Shown here piece by piece: positions 34,901-45,700 of a DNA stretch of 64,000 nucleotides. Location of the stretch: the NCBI GenBank assembly GCA_004431415.1, contig QPMI01000420.1, forward strand, positions 275,099 through 339,098, in the 5' to 3' direction. Made by a program: the position numbers and the translations under genes. Source of the DNA: Cyanophora paradoxa CCMP329 (lineage: Eukaryota > Plantae > Glaucophyta). The notes beneath the pieces are model-generated. The model did not search any database and was not told the origin of the DNA. It saw only the letters and a list, made by a program, of their open reading frames with translations. Numbering within the stretch: the stretch's first letter is position 1; each line of letters opens with the position of its first letter.

Positions 34901-37895
34901 GGCATCAACGTGGTCTTCTGCGCCTTCTGGGTCGCCTGCCTCGCCTACGAGCTCCACAAGAAGGCCAAGCAGCAGGTCCGCCCGCGCTCTGCTCTAGATT
35001 CAGATCTTTGCCAAAAACAAATTAAGAGTGAAAAGTGGGCGTTGCGATGAGAAGACGTCTTTCCCGGGGGCTGCCCTTCCCGCCGGGTCACTATGTATCG
35101 CCCTGCCGTGTTTCGAATTCCGGAGTTTTAAGTGGCGCCTCTGGATCTGCGACATCGATATCGCCGCCGCGAATGCGGTTTTCGGATCCTGCGCCGATCG
35201 TGCGTGCACGTGGCCGGGCGCGGCGCCGGAGCTGAGTTATAAAAGTGGCGCCTCTGTGTCTCCGATGTCGATATCGATATCGCCGCTGCGAATTCGAATG
35301 CGGTTTTCGGATCGGTTTTCGAATGGGTCATGATCATTCGCGGCAGTTCCCGGACGCGCCGGTGCTGCTCTTCGCCGACGCCGTCGGCCGCCGCCTCTCC
35401 GCCATCTCGTGCGCCGCCCTTCTCGTGCAGTGCTGGTGCTATCACTAGTGTAGTTCTCTTTGTCTCTGACGGGGGCCTCGCGATCGCGGCTAGGTACGTG
35501 CGGGACTGGCTGGCGGCGACGGACGACAACGACAACGAGATCGAGGTCAAGGGCGACGCGGGCTCGCCGCCCCCCGCCGCGGCGCCGCCGGCGATCGCGA
35601 GCCCCCTGGGCCTGCCATATGCATCCAAGCCCCGCCCGACGGTGCAGGGCAAGGGCAACGCCGCGAATTCGAAGGCCGCCGCCCACGGCGACGCCGACGC
35701 CGGCGCCGCGGACGCGGACGCGGACGCGCATGGGCACGGGCACGTCGCGGGCGCCGTCGTCGCCGAACTCGACGCGTGCAGCGAGGCCCATCTGCGCGTG
35801 CGCGCGCCGCCGCCGCGGGGCGCCGGCGCCGGCGCTGCTCCGGCGGAGATCGTCGACCTGCGGCTGCAGGCCTAGGGTCCTGGCCATATATATGCATGGG
35901 GCGTACACGTACACGCACCTGCCGATCGCGAGGGGCCAGGGTCTCCCGAGTCCGCCCAGCGGGGCCGGGCCGAGGGGCCGGGCCATGGCCAACGTGGTCT
36001 TCCGCGCCTTCTGGGTCGCATGCCTGTTGTCGACGAATTCAAACGCCGAGCAGCCTGTTCTCGGCGAATTAACTATTTCTTTGCAATTGTGCAGTACTAG
36101 TAGTCTAGTACTAGTACTAGTACTAGTCTCGTTAGCCAGCACGTGCACCGACATACAGCATACGGCTTCTAAATGCATTCATGCTAGTACTAGTATTGCT
36201 TTACGTCTTCAAATCGTGTCTTGTCGTATGCCTAATGCGCGGAGTCAAATTTTGCTGTGCTGTCTAGCCCCGCCCAGAGAGCTTTTGCTCCCCCATGGCC
36301 ATTCCCCCAGGAACTCTTTTGCTGTACATGCGTGAGTCTCACTCTAGATGTGAAATTTGCCAGGCTTGCCAGAGTATATGCATAAGTACCTGTGAGAGCG
36401 ATATCAGTCGCTATCAGTCTCCGGCTGATAATAGCCTGATTTTATGTCGAGTCATTGTGCCACGGTGTCGACACTGACTCGACAGTATAACTCGACACTG
36501 ATCATGATTCGAATTCGGCGTTGACGACACCATGACGACAGGCATCGAGTCGGACACTCAGGAGCTCGAGTGGACACTGGACAGCAGTGTCACAGCACTA
36601 GTGTCTAATTTCAACAACCCAGCACAAAAGCAAGAATTAAATAGGATTAATGGGAGAGTCTGGGGTCTAGATGTAGACCTACCCGTACTAGGCTAGCCTA
36701 ATAGCTATAGCAATAGATTTGGATTCTTGGAGATTCGAATTCTAGCTATATATAGATCTGGAGATCTAGACTGGCATCTGGACTGCCGCAGCTAGGGTTG
36801 ACGCTTCACACGAAGTTTCGCACTGGCATGTATACGTACATATGCATGTACATATGCACGTGTGGTTATAATTATATATGTGGGCCTTTGTGAAGCGTTG
36901 AGCTCTCGAGCTTGCCCCTTCGCTGTCAATGCATTGTTAACCCTCGGAGGTTGCATGAGTCACGCGTCGCGGAGGTTTGGGTGTTATATTGCGATCAGGT
37001 ACACGCTGCACTAACAGGGGGGCTAGCACTAACCGACGCGGGGAGTAACAGCCGGTGTACCCCTCGGGGGGCCTCCCGGCCTCTAACGATGCTCAGGCTC
37101 TAACTGAATGCTGTACCCCCCGCTGTTACTGCCCGAACCTTCCGAACTTGCGTAATTCGGCCTCGCCCTGTACCCAGTGGCTGGTGTCGTCCATCCATTC
37201 GCGTACCTCCCTCTGACGCTTGAGTGACTCACGCTGCTCGGGGGTAGGGGAGGGGGGCCTTCGAGGCGGGTGGGGAAGGGGTACGGTGGCAAAATTCAGC
37301 CACTCGGGGGTATGCCGAATTCGCCGTGAACGATCCTCTGCGGTGTGAAATACCGGTCGCTGCTCACGGCCAAGTGGAAGAACGCGCTCCTGAGCCCGGA
37401 GAGGAAGCGTGGTTGCATGAATGGCTGCTGGAGGGACTCGTCGCGCCAGGGGGCTACGAAATCAATGATACGCTGCTGTACCTGCGCGGGCAGGGCAAGG
37501 ATCTGGCTCTTGCGGTTCGCAAAGGCCGTCCACAGCGCTTGCAGGTCGGCCCAATCGCCGTTCAGATCCCTGCGTTCGCGCCTCAGGTACGATCTCGGGT
37601 TCTCTGTCATACCCATCAAGCCCGCGGCCCTGATCATCTCCCTGTCCGGGAGCTCTCGCTCGTCGTGGAATTCGTCTCTAATCCAGCGCACAAGGTAGAG
37701 CACGCGCTCCATGAAGTTCTCCGCCGGCGAGCCGCCCCTGAGGACGTGCGCCTCCCCTCCAGCACTGCGTTCGCATCCTCCAAGTCCACGTTCCGCTGTC
37801 GAATCTCCCCGTCCAGGTCGCCGTTGTTGTACAGCACGTCGGACTCGCGTGTTCGCGCCATGCTCGCGGCTCGGTGAGAATTTATACCTGTACCC

Positions 37896-38591
37896 CTACT
37901 CGCGGTCGGGGTACCTGTCGCCGGGCATCAGCCTCGCGCGCTTCCGCATCTCCGCCTCCCCGGGTAGCCAGTTCTTCGGGTCGTTGCTCCACTCCTCCCA
38001 TTCGCGTATGTCCCGTCTGACGTCACGCGGGGCGGGGGCGTTTATCGGTGGGCGGGCGGGGCTGGCAGGGCCTGGCGCGGGGGTTGAGGCCCCTGTTCCA
38101 CGAGTACTCGGGTACTCTTCCCATCCCAGGGGTACCAGATTCATCGGAATTGGCTCAACTTCGAATTGGGGCTTTTTGACGTGATAATCATAGTTTGTGA
38201 CATACGCCGTCACAGCCGAGCGCAAGCGCGAGAGGTCGCGCAAATTTACGTCGTCCCATTGCGAGTCCCTTGCCTTCGCGTACCACTCGAGGATTTGCAT
38301 GCGAATGTGGTCCGGGAGGGTCGAGAGTATGCTGAGCTTGGAGCCCAGGGCGAACCAGATGCGCTTGAACTCGTCGATAATCCTGCCCTCGTCGTGGCTC
38401 CGAACGTAAAGGGCCCCGCCAGAGTTGTAATGCGTGTCTAGCCACCCTGCCCGGGCCAGCTCTAGCACCGGCCAGGGTTGGCGCTGTCGATTCGGTCGCG
38501 AGGCCTGCTCTACCACCCAGCGTCTAAGGTCCTTGACCTGATCTATGAACTGTGCGATCACGTCCCTGGGCGCTTCCTCTGCATCCGACAT
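37896..38591 (-). CDS. Viral hypothetical protein B with an F-box-like motif (copy 1 at ~30587-31282 is frameshifted)
   Basis: Intact ORF MSDAEEAPRD..LSTLPDHIRMQILEW..WLPGEAEMRK; aligns with protein A. Confidence 0.7.
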   Translation of the reverse strand: MSDAEEAPRDVIAQFIDQVKDLRRWVVEQASRPNRQRQPWPVLELARAGWLDTHYNSGGALYVRSHDEGRIIDEFKRIWFALGSKLSILSTLPDHIRMQILEWYAKARDSQWDDVNLRDLSRLRSAVTAYVTNYDYHVKKPQFEVEPIPMNLVPLGWEEYPSTRGTGASTPAPGPASPARPPINAPAPRDVRRDIREWEEWSNDPKNWLPGEAEMRKRARLMPGDRYPDRE

Positions 38592-38641
38592 TTGCAATTG
38601 CACACATCAAGAAATTCTAAACGCTACTGCGAGGCTACGCT

Positions 38642-39298
38642 ATGCATACCGATACAAATTGCGAGACTTTGCAACAGGGGAGCGCAGCGTGGCACGCGGC
38701 GCGCCGTGAAAAACTAACTGCATCTAATTTTGCGGCTGCGTGCGGCATAAACCCCTGGAAATCCAGGGCCCGCCTGTGGGCGGAGCTAAGCGGGATAGCG
38801 GAGGAAAACAACTTTGACAACCCTGCCCTAACCTATGGGCATGACTATGAGCCCCTCGCGGTCTCTCTCTACAAAACGTCGAACAACAACGTGGACGTGC
38901 AACATACTGGATTGCACGAACATAAGGAACTGCCCTTCCTGGCGGGCAGCCCGGACGGGCTGATTGGAAGCGATCGTATACTTGAAATAAAATGCCCCTA
39001 CAAACAAGAACTCTACGAAAAGGTCCCAACTTATTACATGCCCCAGCTCCAGGGCCTGCTGGACATAACGGGCCGCGAGTGGGCCGAACTTTTTTGCTTC
39101 ACTCCTCTGCGCGTGCAAACGTGGTACGTCAGACGGGACGAGAGGTACATCAAGCTCATGAGGAAGTGCTTACATCTATTTTGGATGCACGTCAAGGAGG
39201 GCACGCCGCCCGAGCCCTACAGCGATCGAATGAAGTCAGAGAACCTCAGCGAGGAGCAGGCGGCGCTGCGCGAGTTTAAGTCGTACGCCCTCCTCTAG
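38642..39298 (+). CDS. YqaJ-like viral recombinase / lambda-exonuclease family (PD-(D/E)xK)
   Basis: QGSAAWHAARREKLTASNFAAACGINPW, YGHDYEPLA, PFLAGSPDGLI, LEIKCPY, YYMPQLQGLL. Confidence 0.93.
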   Translation: MHTDTNCETLQQGSAAWHAARREKLTASNFAAACGINPWKSRARLWAELSGIAEENNFDNPALTYGHDYEPLAVSLYKTSNNNVDVQHTGLHEHKELPFLAGSPDGLIGSDRILEIKCPYKQELYEKVPTYYMPQLQGLLDITGREWAELFCFTPLRVQTWYVRRDERYIKLMRKCLHLFWMHVKEGTPPEPYSDRMKSENLSEEQAALREFKSYALL

Positions 39299-39348
39299 TG
39301 TCCGGACCTTTCCAATACTCTATATGATTATTGGGAGGGTCCGGACAC
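39298..39348. terminator. Hairpin immediately after the YqaJ stop, between convergent genes
   Basis: GTGTCCGGACCTTTCCAATA...TATTGGGAGGGTCCGGACAC imperfect inverted repeat with an AT-rich loop. Confidence 0.4.
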
Positions 39349-39487
39349 GTCTCTTGGTCAGACTACTTCTGTCCCAGGTCTTTGGAATCTTAATATAAAT
39401 TTTCCCGGGACCGGGACAGGGCTTGGTCGGACTCACCGTAGCTTGGTGTAGCTCAGGCCCAGGCCGGGTAGGCGAGTCTGTAATGAA

Positions 39488-42481
39488 TCAGACCGCGCAG
39501 GATTTGGTTGAGCTGCTCGGTGCAGGGGGGCGGGAAGGCGAGGCCGCGGAGGGCCATAGAGACGTAGCGGAAGGGGTGGGGAGGCGGCCCCTGTTATCCC
39601 ACATGGCGTCCACTATGGCGTTGTGGACCACTTGCTCTGGGAGGGCGGGACGGGCCTGCGCGCACCGTTTCAGGGCCCTCAGCAGCCCTCGAAGATGTTG
39701 GAGTTGGCGTGCACCAGCGGGAGGGAGGGCTGGGACGGCGGCGGCGAGCCCGGGGCCGAGCCCTGGGTGGCGAGGGCCTGCGAGGGCGCCGGCTCCAGCT
39801 CCATCTCGAACATACCGCCCTCGACGTCGACGGTCACGGGCGGCGAGGCCGGGATCGCGCCGGCCTGCTGCGTGGCGGGGACCTGAGCCGAGAAGTTCTC
39901 GAGCCGCCACTCGCGGCAGCCCTGGCACTCACCTGGACGAAGACGGTGCGGTTGGCGACGGGCGGCGTCGGCAGGGCCTGCGCGGGGGCGTCACTCACAG
40001 AAGCCGAAGGCGCCGGCCTTGTGGGGCGGGGCGTCGGGGTCGCGGGGCGTGCTATAGGCCTCCGAGCCCTCCGATTCAGAGTCACTCACCGGGCTGAGAG
40101 GGTGGGGTGAGAAGAGGCCGAGGCGGGCCTTCTTGGCGGGCAGGAGGTGGGAGCCGTTGAGGGCGCAATCGGCGCCGTGGGCGCACCTCTCTCCGTAGGT
40201 GGGGCAGAGGGCCGGGGCGAGGGCGCCGGAGCCAAGGGCGCCGGAGCCGAGGACGCCGGGGGCTGGAGGAGGCGGTGAGAGGGGCCGAGGAGGAGAGGAA
40301 GGGGAAGGGCGCGGGCACCGGCGCCGGGACGAGGCCCTCCTCCAGCAGCCGCATCTGCGCCTCCTTCGCCTTCTCGTCGATGCGGGCCTCGAACGTCGCC
40401 CAGTTGAAGCCGACGGCGTCCGCCTCCGCCAGCTCGGGGAGGCCGTGCTCGTCGAACGCCAGCGCGGGCCGCCCGCTGAAGCCGAACGGGGCGGGGGCGA
40501 GAGCGCGTTGTCCCCGACGCCCCAGACGGCGCTGAACGCCGCATCGTCCCAGCGCGCCTCCGCCTCCGCCTGGCCCTCGTCCCTTGCCTCGTCCACCTCC
40601 TTGGCGGAGAGCGACCCGATCTTGATGATGGAGGCCTGGATCAGCACAAACTCGCGCTGGAAGAATTGGACGAGCGGGATGGTAACTGCGGGAGAGGGGG
40701 TGAGCGGGGAGAGCGCGGGGCGCAGGCCAAGGGCGGGGGCGCAGGCCAAGGGCGGGGCGGACGCACATTCGATGCCGTAGGCCACCTCCTTGATGTAGCG
40801 GCCCCGGCGGCCGATCTCCTTGGCCAGCATGCTGCACTCCTTGCGCGCCGGGTGGCCGTGGCCCCACTCCATGGCGATCATCGCCTTCGCCAGACGGACG
40901 CCCTCGATGTGCCACTCGTCCATCAGCGCCTCCAGCTTGGCGCAGATGCGCATCCAGAAGAAGACGCGCTTGAGCTTGTCGCGGTCGAATTCGGCGTCGC
41001 CGCTCTTGCTGCCCCAGTCGCGCAGGTCCGTCTCCTCCGCCTTCTTCACCTTCTCGTACCAGCACTTGATCTTCTCCGCCTGGCGCTGGAACTCGTCCGC
41101 CCGCGCCGTGAGAACGTCCGACTCCTCCTGCGCTCCGAGGGCCCGGGGTCAGGGAGGAGAGGCGGGCTAAGCGGGGCGGCGGCGGACCGTGTGCGAGAGC
41201 TCGCCGACGATCACGGAGATGGCCGCCGAGAGGATCTCACGGGCGCGGGCCGGCCCGTTTGGGTGGCCCTCGCGCAGAACCTCCTCCAGCTTCAGCACGG
41301 CCGTCCGCGCGAGATCGCGGTGGCGCTGGCGGGTCTCGTCGCTCCGGCCCTGATCCACGAGAAGCTGGAGCTGGGGCCGCATGCCGGAGTCGCAGACGCT
41401 GGCGTACTTCAGAAGGGCCGCGCAGGAGAGCACCTTCTGCACGCTGACCAGCCAGTACGCGTAGCCCAGCGGGCTCTCCGCGCTCGGGTTCTCCCCGACC
41501 TGCGGACGCGACCTTAGCGCGCGCAGGGGCAGGGGAAAGGGGAAAGGGCGGGCTCTCGCGCACGTAAATGTCATCGGCGCAGGAGAGGAACATGTGATCA
41601 ACGACGTCGAAGAAGCCGCCGGACGGGAGCGTGCCGACGCCGTGGTACGCGCCTTGGATGGTCTCGCCGGCGCAGATGCCGGCCTGGACGGTGACGGTGT
41701 ACTGCGAGGCCGGCGGCCCCTCCTTCACGTAGACGAAGTTGAGGTCGTACTTCTTGGCGTACGTCGGGTTGATGCGCTTGGTGACGATGACGTAATCGCA
41801 CCGAACGCCGAGGCCGGACGGGCTGGCCTTCTCCTTCTCCGTCACCGACGCCAGGCACTGATCCCGCGCGATCAAGAGCTGCAGCGGCCCGCGCGTGAGC
41901 AAGCGCGGGCACGCGAGCGCAGGGAAGGGCCCTCACCCCGTGGGCGCCGCCGCTGCCGGATTTGAGGTCCGCGAGGAACTCCTTCTGCTCCGGAGTGCCG
42001 GAGAAGATCGCGCGCGGATGGAAATCGCGATGGAGCGCGATGCTGTTGAAGCAGCCCGCCGCCGCATTGTCGGACATCAGCAACAGCGCCACATCGCCGT
42101 GCGTGAAGCCGTACTTCGCCTTCACATGCTCCGGCAGCTCGTGAATGCTGTAAGGCACGATCTGCGCGCGGGGCACGCGAGCCGGGGCATGTGAGCCGGG
42201 GCCGAAGCGGTGCGGGCGAAACCGCGAACCTCGTTGAACTTATTCACCGGCGTGAACTGGCCCTTGGTCTTCAAGCGCTTCGGGTGGCCGTCCGTGTTCT
42301 GGATCTTCTTCAGCCCGCCGAACGGCTCGAAGCGCGGCACGCCGGCCGAGTTGAACACGCTATCGCAGGTCATCGCGTTGAGCGCCTCCTCCGCCGACAG
42401 GCTGCCGAGATCGCGGGCTATGCTGTCCTGCTCGCCGGGCTGCTGCTGCTTCGCGCACGAGCGGAAGGTCGCCGCCTGCAT
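39488..42481 (-). CDS. Large multi-exon viral protein of unknown function
   Basis: Coding-like segments (MQAATFRSC..; IVPYSIHELPEH..; LLIARDQC..DDIY; VGENPSAES..; ..RDKLKRVFFWMRICAKLE..; DAVGFNWATFEARID..) are separated by short GT..CAG introns. The 3' end is uncertain. Confidence 0.65.
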
Positions 42482-42785
42482 CGCGAGTGTTACTGCCCGC
42501 GATGTCTCAACGGATTCCGTTCAACGTCGTACCCCCGCTGGCTTGTTCCCTCCCCAACTCGCGAAGACTCAGACTTGAAGCCCGCTTCCCCCCCCTCAAA
42601 ATGCGTACCCCCCTTGGGCTCGAACCCCGGTCGGTTTCTCGCTTTTTTTTGACTGCCCAGTCCGGCGATGCAATGCAGGCCGCTCGTTCAAATCGGCTGG
42701 GAACTTGGCGCCAGAACCTTCGCAGCGCGCGCAGCACTCCCAGCAGAGCGCGCGCAGCACCGGCGGCAGCATCGGCGGCAGCAGC

Positions 42786-45700
42786 ATGTCTCGGCTCGCG
42801 CTCCCTCCGGAGATCCCGGCTAAGCTGGCGAAGAACACGCTGTACGACGTTCTCTGCGTCGGCGACAGCTTCGGCGTCGATTGGACGGTGTTCGAGGCCG
42901 GTATCAGCGACCAGGCGAAGGAGGCGCAGGCGCGTGCGCTGGAGGATGGCATGCAGTTCAGCCCGAACAGCAAGGATGTGCTGCGCAAGACCGAGCTGGC
43001 CGAGCGCAAGCGCAAGCTGGCCGCGGCGCGGACCTTGAACCTCGAGGGCGCCCCCGGCCCGTCGGTGCAGTTCTCCATCGACTCCGTCCTGTCGCGGCTG
43101 CGGCTCGCGGAGGTGCTCGCTGCCTCTTTCTCCCTCGCGCGCCCGGCTCGCAGCGGCTGAGGCGCCGCCGCGCTCGCAGGACGCGGACGTGCGGGCGATG
43201 CACGCGGCGCTGAACATGACGGAGGAGAACTTCGACACACCGAGCAAGCCGAAGCCCGGGCGCGATTCCGACGCCCGCCGGCTGTTCGCGGCGCAGCGCC
43301 TGCGGCTGCTCATGGGCGCCGTGCCCCGGCACATCGCCAAGGGCGAGTGGCGCACGATTGGCCTGCTGGCGGGCCCGGAGGAGTTCTACTTCAACCGCAT
43401 GGCGGAGGCGGCCCCGCACCTGCTCTGGCTGCTGGTGCTCAGCTCGGACCCGGCCTACACGCCCGAGGTGCGCCCCCGGCCGCCCGTGCAGCCGCGGCCG
43501 CCCCTCCCCGCCGACCCCCGCCGGCCCGCAGAGGCTGGCGAAGGGCATCATGGGCGTCGAGGCGCGCTGCATCATGCGGAACAGCCGCGCGTTCATCACG
43601 CGCCACGAGAGCTCGGCGGTCTGGGGCGAGCGGCCGGACACCGGCGTCCTCACCGACGCCTACGCCATCCGCATCGTGCTGGAGGCGGCCTGCCGGACGT
43701 GCCGGGACCGCCACGGGCGCCAGGGCATCTGCGCCTTCGACCTGGTTCCTGAGTTCGAGGTGCCCGGCGTCACCATCGGCGACCGCGTGCAGGTGCGCCG
43801 TTTCTATTTGGATGCTATTTAGATGCTATTTAGACTATTTAGATGCCATTTAAACCCCCTCGCAGGTCATCCGCCGGTGCTCGATGCCGGACTCGCACGG
43901 GCGGCCCATGATCCACGGCGCCGTGAAGTACGTGGTGCCGCGGCGCACCCTCGCCCTCACCTTCTTCGTCCCCGTCTTCGACAAGGCGGCCGCCGCCGCC
44001 GCCGCCGCCGCCTCCCGCCCCCGCCCCATGCTCGCGGCCGCGGAGTCCTCGGATTCCGACTCGGATTCCGAGGCGGAGCGCGAGGCCGAGGCCGCCGCCG
44101 CGGCCCGGGCGCTGGACTTCACGGAGGAGGAGCTGGAGCGGGCGCGGAGCCTGCCGCGCGCCGGCCAGGCGATGGCCGCGGCCTTCCAGGCGGCGATCGG
44201 CGAGGCGACGGCCTCCGCCTCGGGCGCCCGGGCCGGCGGCAGCATGATCACGGCGGAGGGCCTCGCGCGCGCCATGCGCGTGGCCCAGGCCCAGGCCCAG
44301 GCGAAGGGCAAGGGCAAGGGCAAGGCCGCCTACATCGACCTGCGGTTCGAGGAGGAGGAGGCGGGTGCCCCGGCGGCGCGGCGCGATCTCGGCGAGGAGA
44401 TGGAGGCGGCGGCCCCCAAGGCGGCCGGTGCGCCCTCCCCGCCCCTAATTTCTGAGCCTAGGGCGTTCCAGAGGCGCAAAGGAATGACCCTGCCCACAGA
44501 GGAGGAGCTGGAGGCCGAGCGCGAGATGGAGATGGAGGCCGCGCTGGCGGCGGCGGCGGACGCGAAGGCCTCGCGCGAGCTGGAGGTGGCGGAGGAGTAC
44601 GCGATGGAGCTGGAGCGCGAGCGCGAGCGCGAGGGCGAGCCCGATGCGGAGCTGGCGGCGACGGTGGAGGCGGGGCGGGGGACACCTTCGAGCCCGAGCC
44701 CCCGTCGACGAGTTCTACCCCTCCCGCCCTCCCCTCCCTCGACGGCGCCCCGCCGCCGCCCATCGAGGAGTTCTCGGACGACGAGCCCGGCGACGCCGGC
44801 CCCAGGCCGCCCCTCGTCTCCCCCCGCCGCCCGCCCGCCCCGTGCCCCCGCCAGCCCCGCCGCCTCCGACGTCTCCTGGCGCCCGAGCGGCAACCCCTCG
44901 GCCTTCAGTCCCTTCCGCCCCTCGCAGCCCTCGCAGCGCCCGCCGCCCTCCGTCCAGGGTACCCCCTCGCCCGCCCCATCCCCTCGCCGCCGCGGGGCAC
45001 GCCCGTCGCCACGCCCGCCTCCTCCCTCGGCCACATGCCCCTCCGCCCCCTCCGGCCCCCGCGCCGGCCGCCTCTCCCGCCGGGCCCAGCAGCGGCGCGA
45101 GCGCGAGCGGCAGCTGCTGCGCGATCAGCGGGCGGAGGCGGAGGCGGACCACGACGACGGCCAGGCGTCGGAGAGCGACGGCGAGCCGCCGCGCGCCACC
45201 AGGCTGGAGCTGGCGCGGGCGGAGCTGGCGGTGCAGCCGCGCGAGGCGCCCGAGATCGACATGTCCAAGTACGACGACGTGACAACGTACAGCAAGGACA
45301 ACAAGTCCAAGAAGGAGGCGGCCATTCAGGATGCGCTCCGCCTCTTCGTCAAGAACAACGTGCGCCCCGCCCCCCTTAGCTGCGCGCCCCCCCCCCTTAG
45401 AGGCCGGAGGCGGCCGTGGCCCAGCTGCTTAAGGCGCTGGGCCCGAGCCGCCTTCGGCCGGTGCGCCCCCCTCCCCGCGTTCGAACCCCGCTAACCCCCT
45501 TTTGCCGGCGCAGCGGATCGTGCGCCAGAGACCCTACGGCCCGAACTCCCCGCCCACCTTCTACGTCGAGCTCCCGAACCTCTTCGTGTACGACAAGGTC
45601 AGCGCGAACAGGCACGCCGGGCGCGGGACGATGAAGGAGGTCATCCAGCTGCTGGCGATGACCTTCCACAAGACCTACGAGTCCAACCCCGGCTCCTTCG

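Larger units (their letters stand above)
33179..40494. repeat. Copy 2 of the 7.3-kb tandem duplication
   Basis: Junction at 33178/33179 joins viral sequence directly to a host intron. The differences I found are 1-nt indels in homopolymer runs. Confidence 0.97.
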
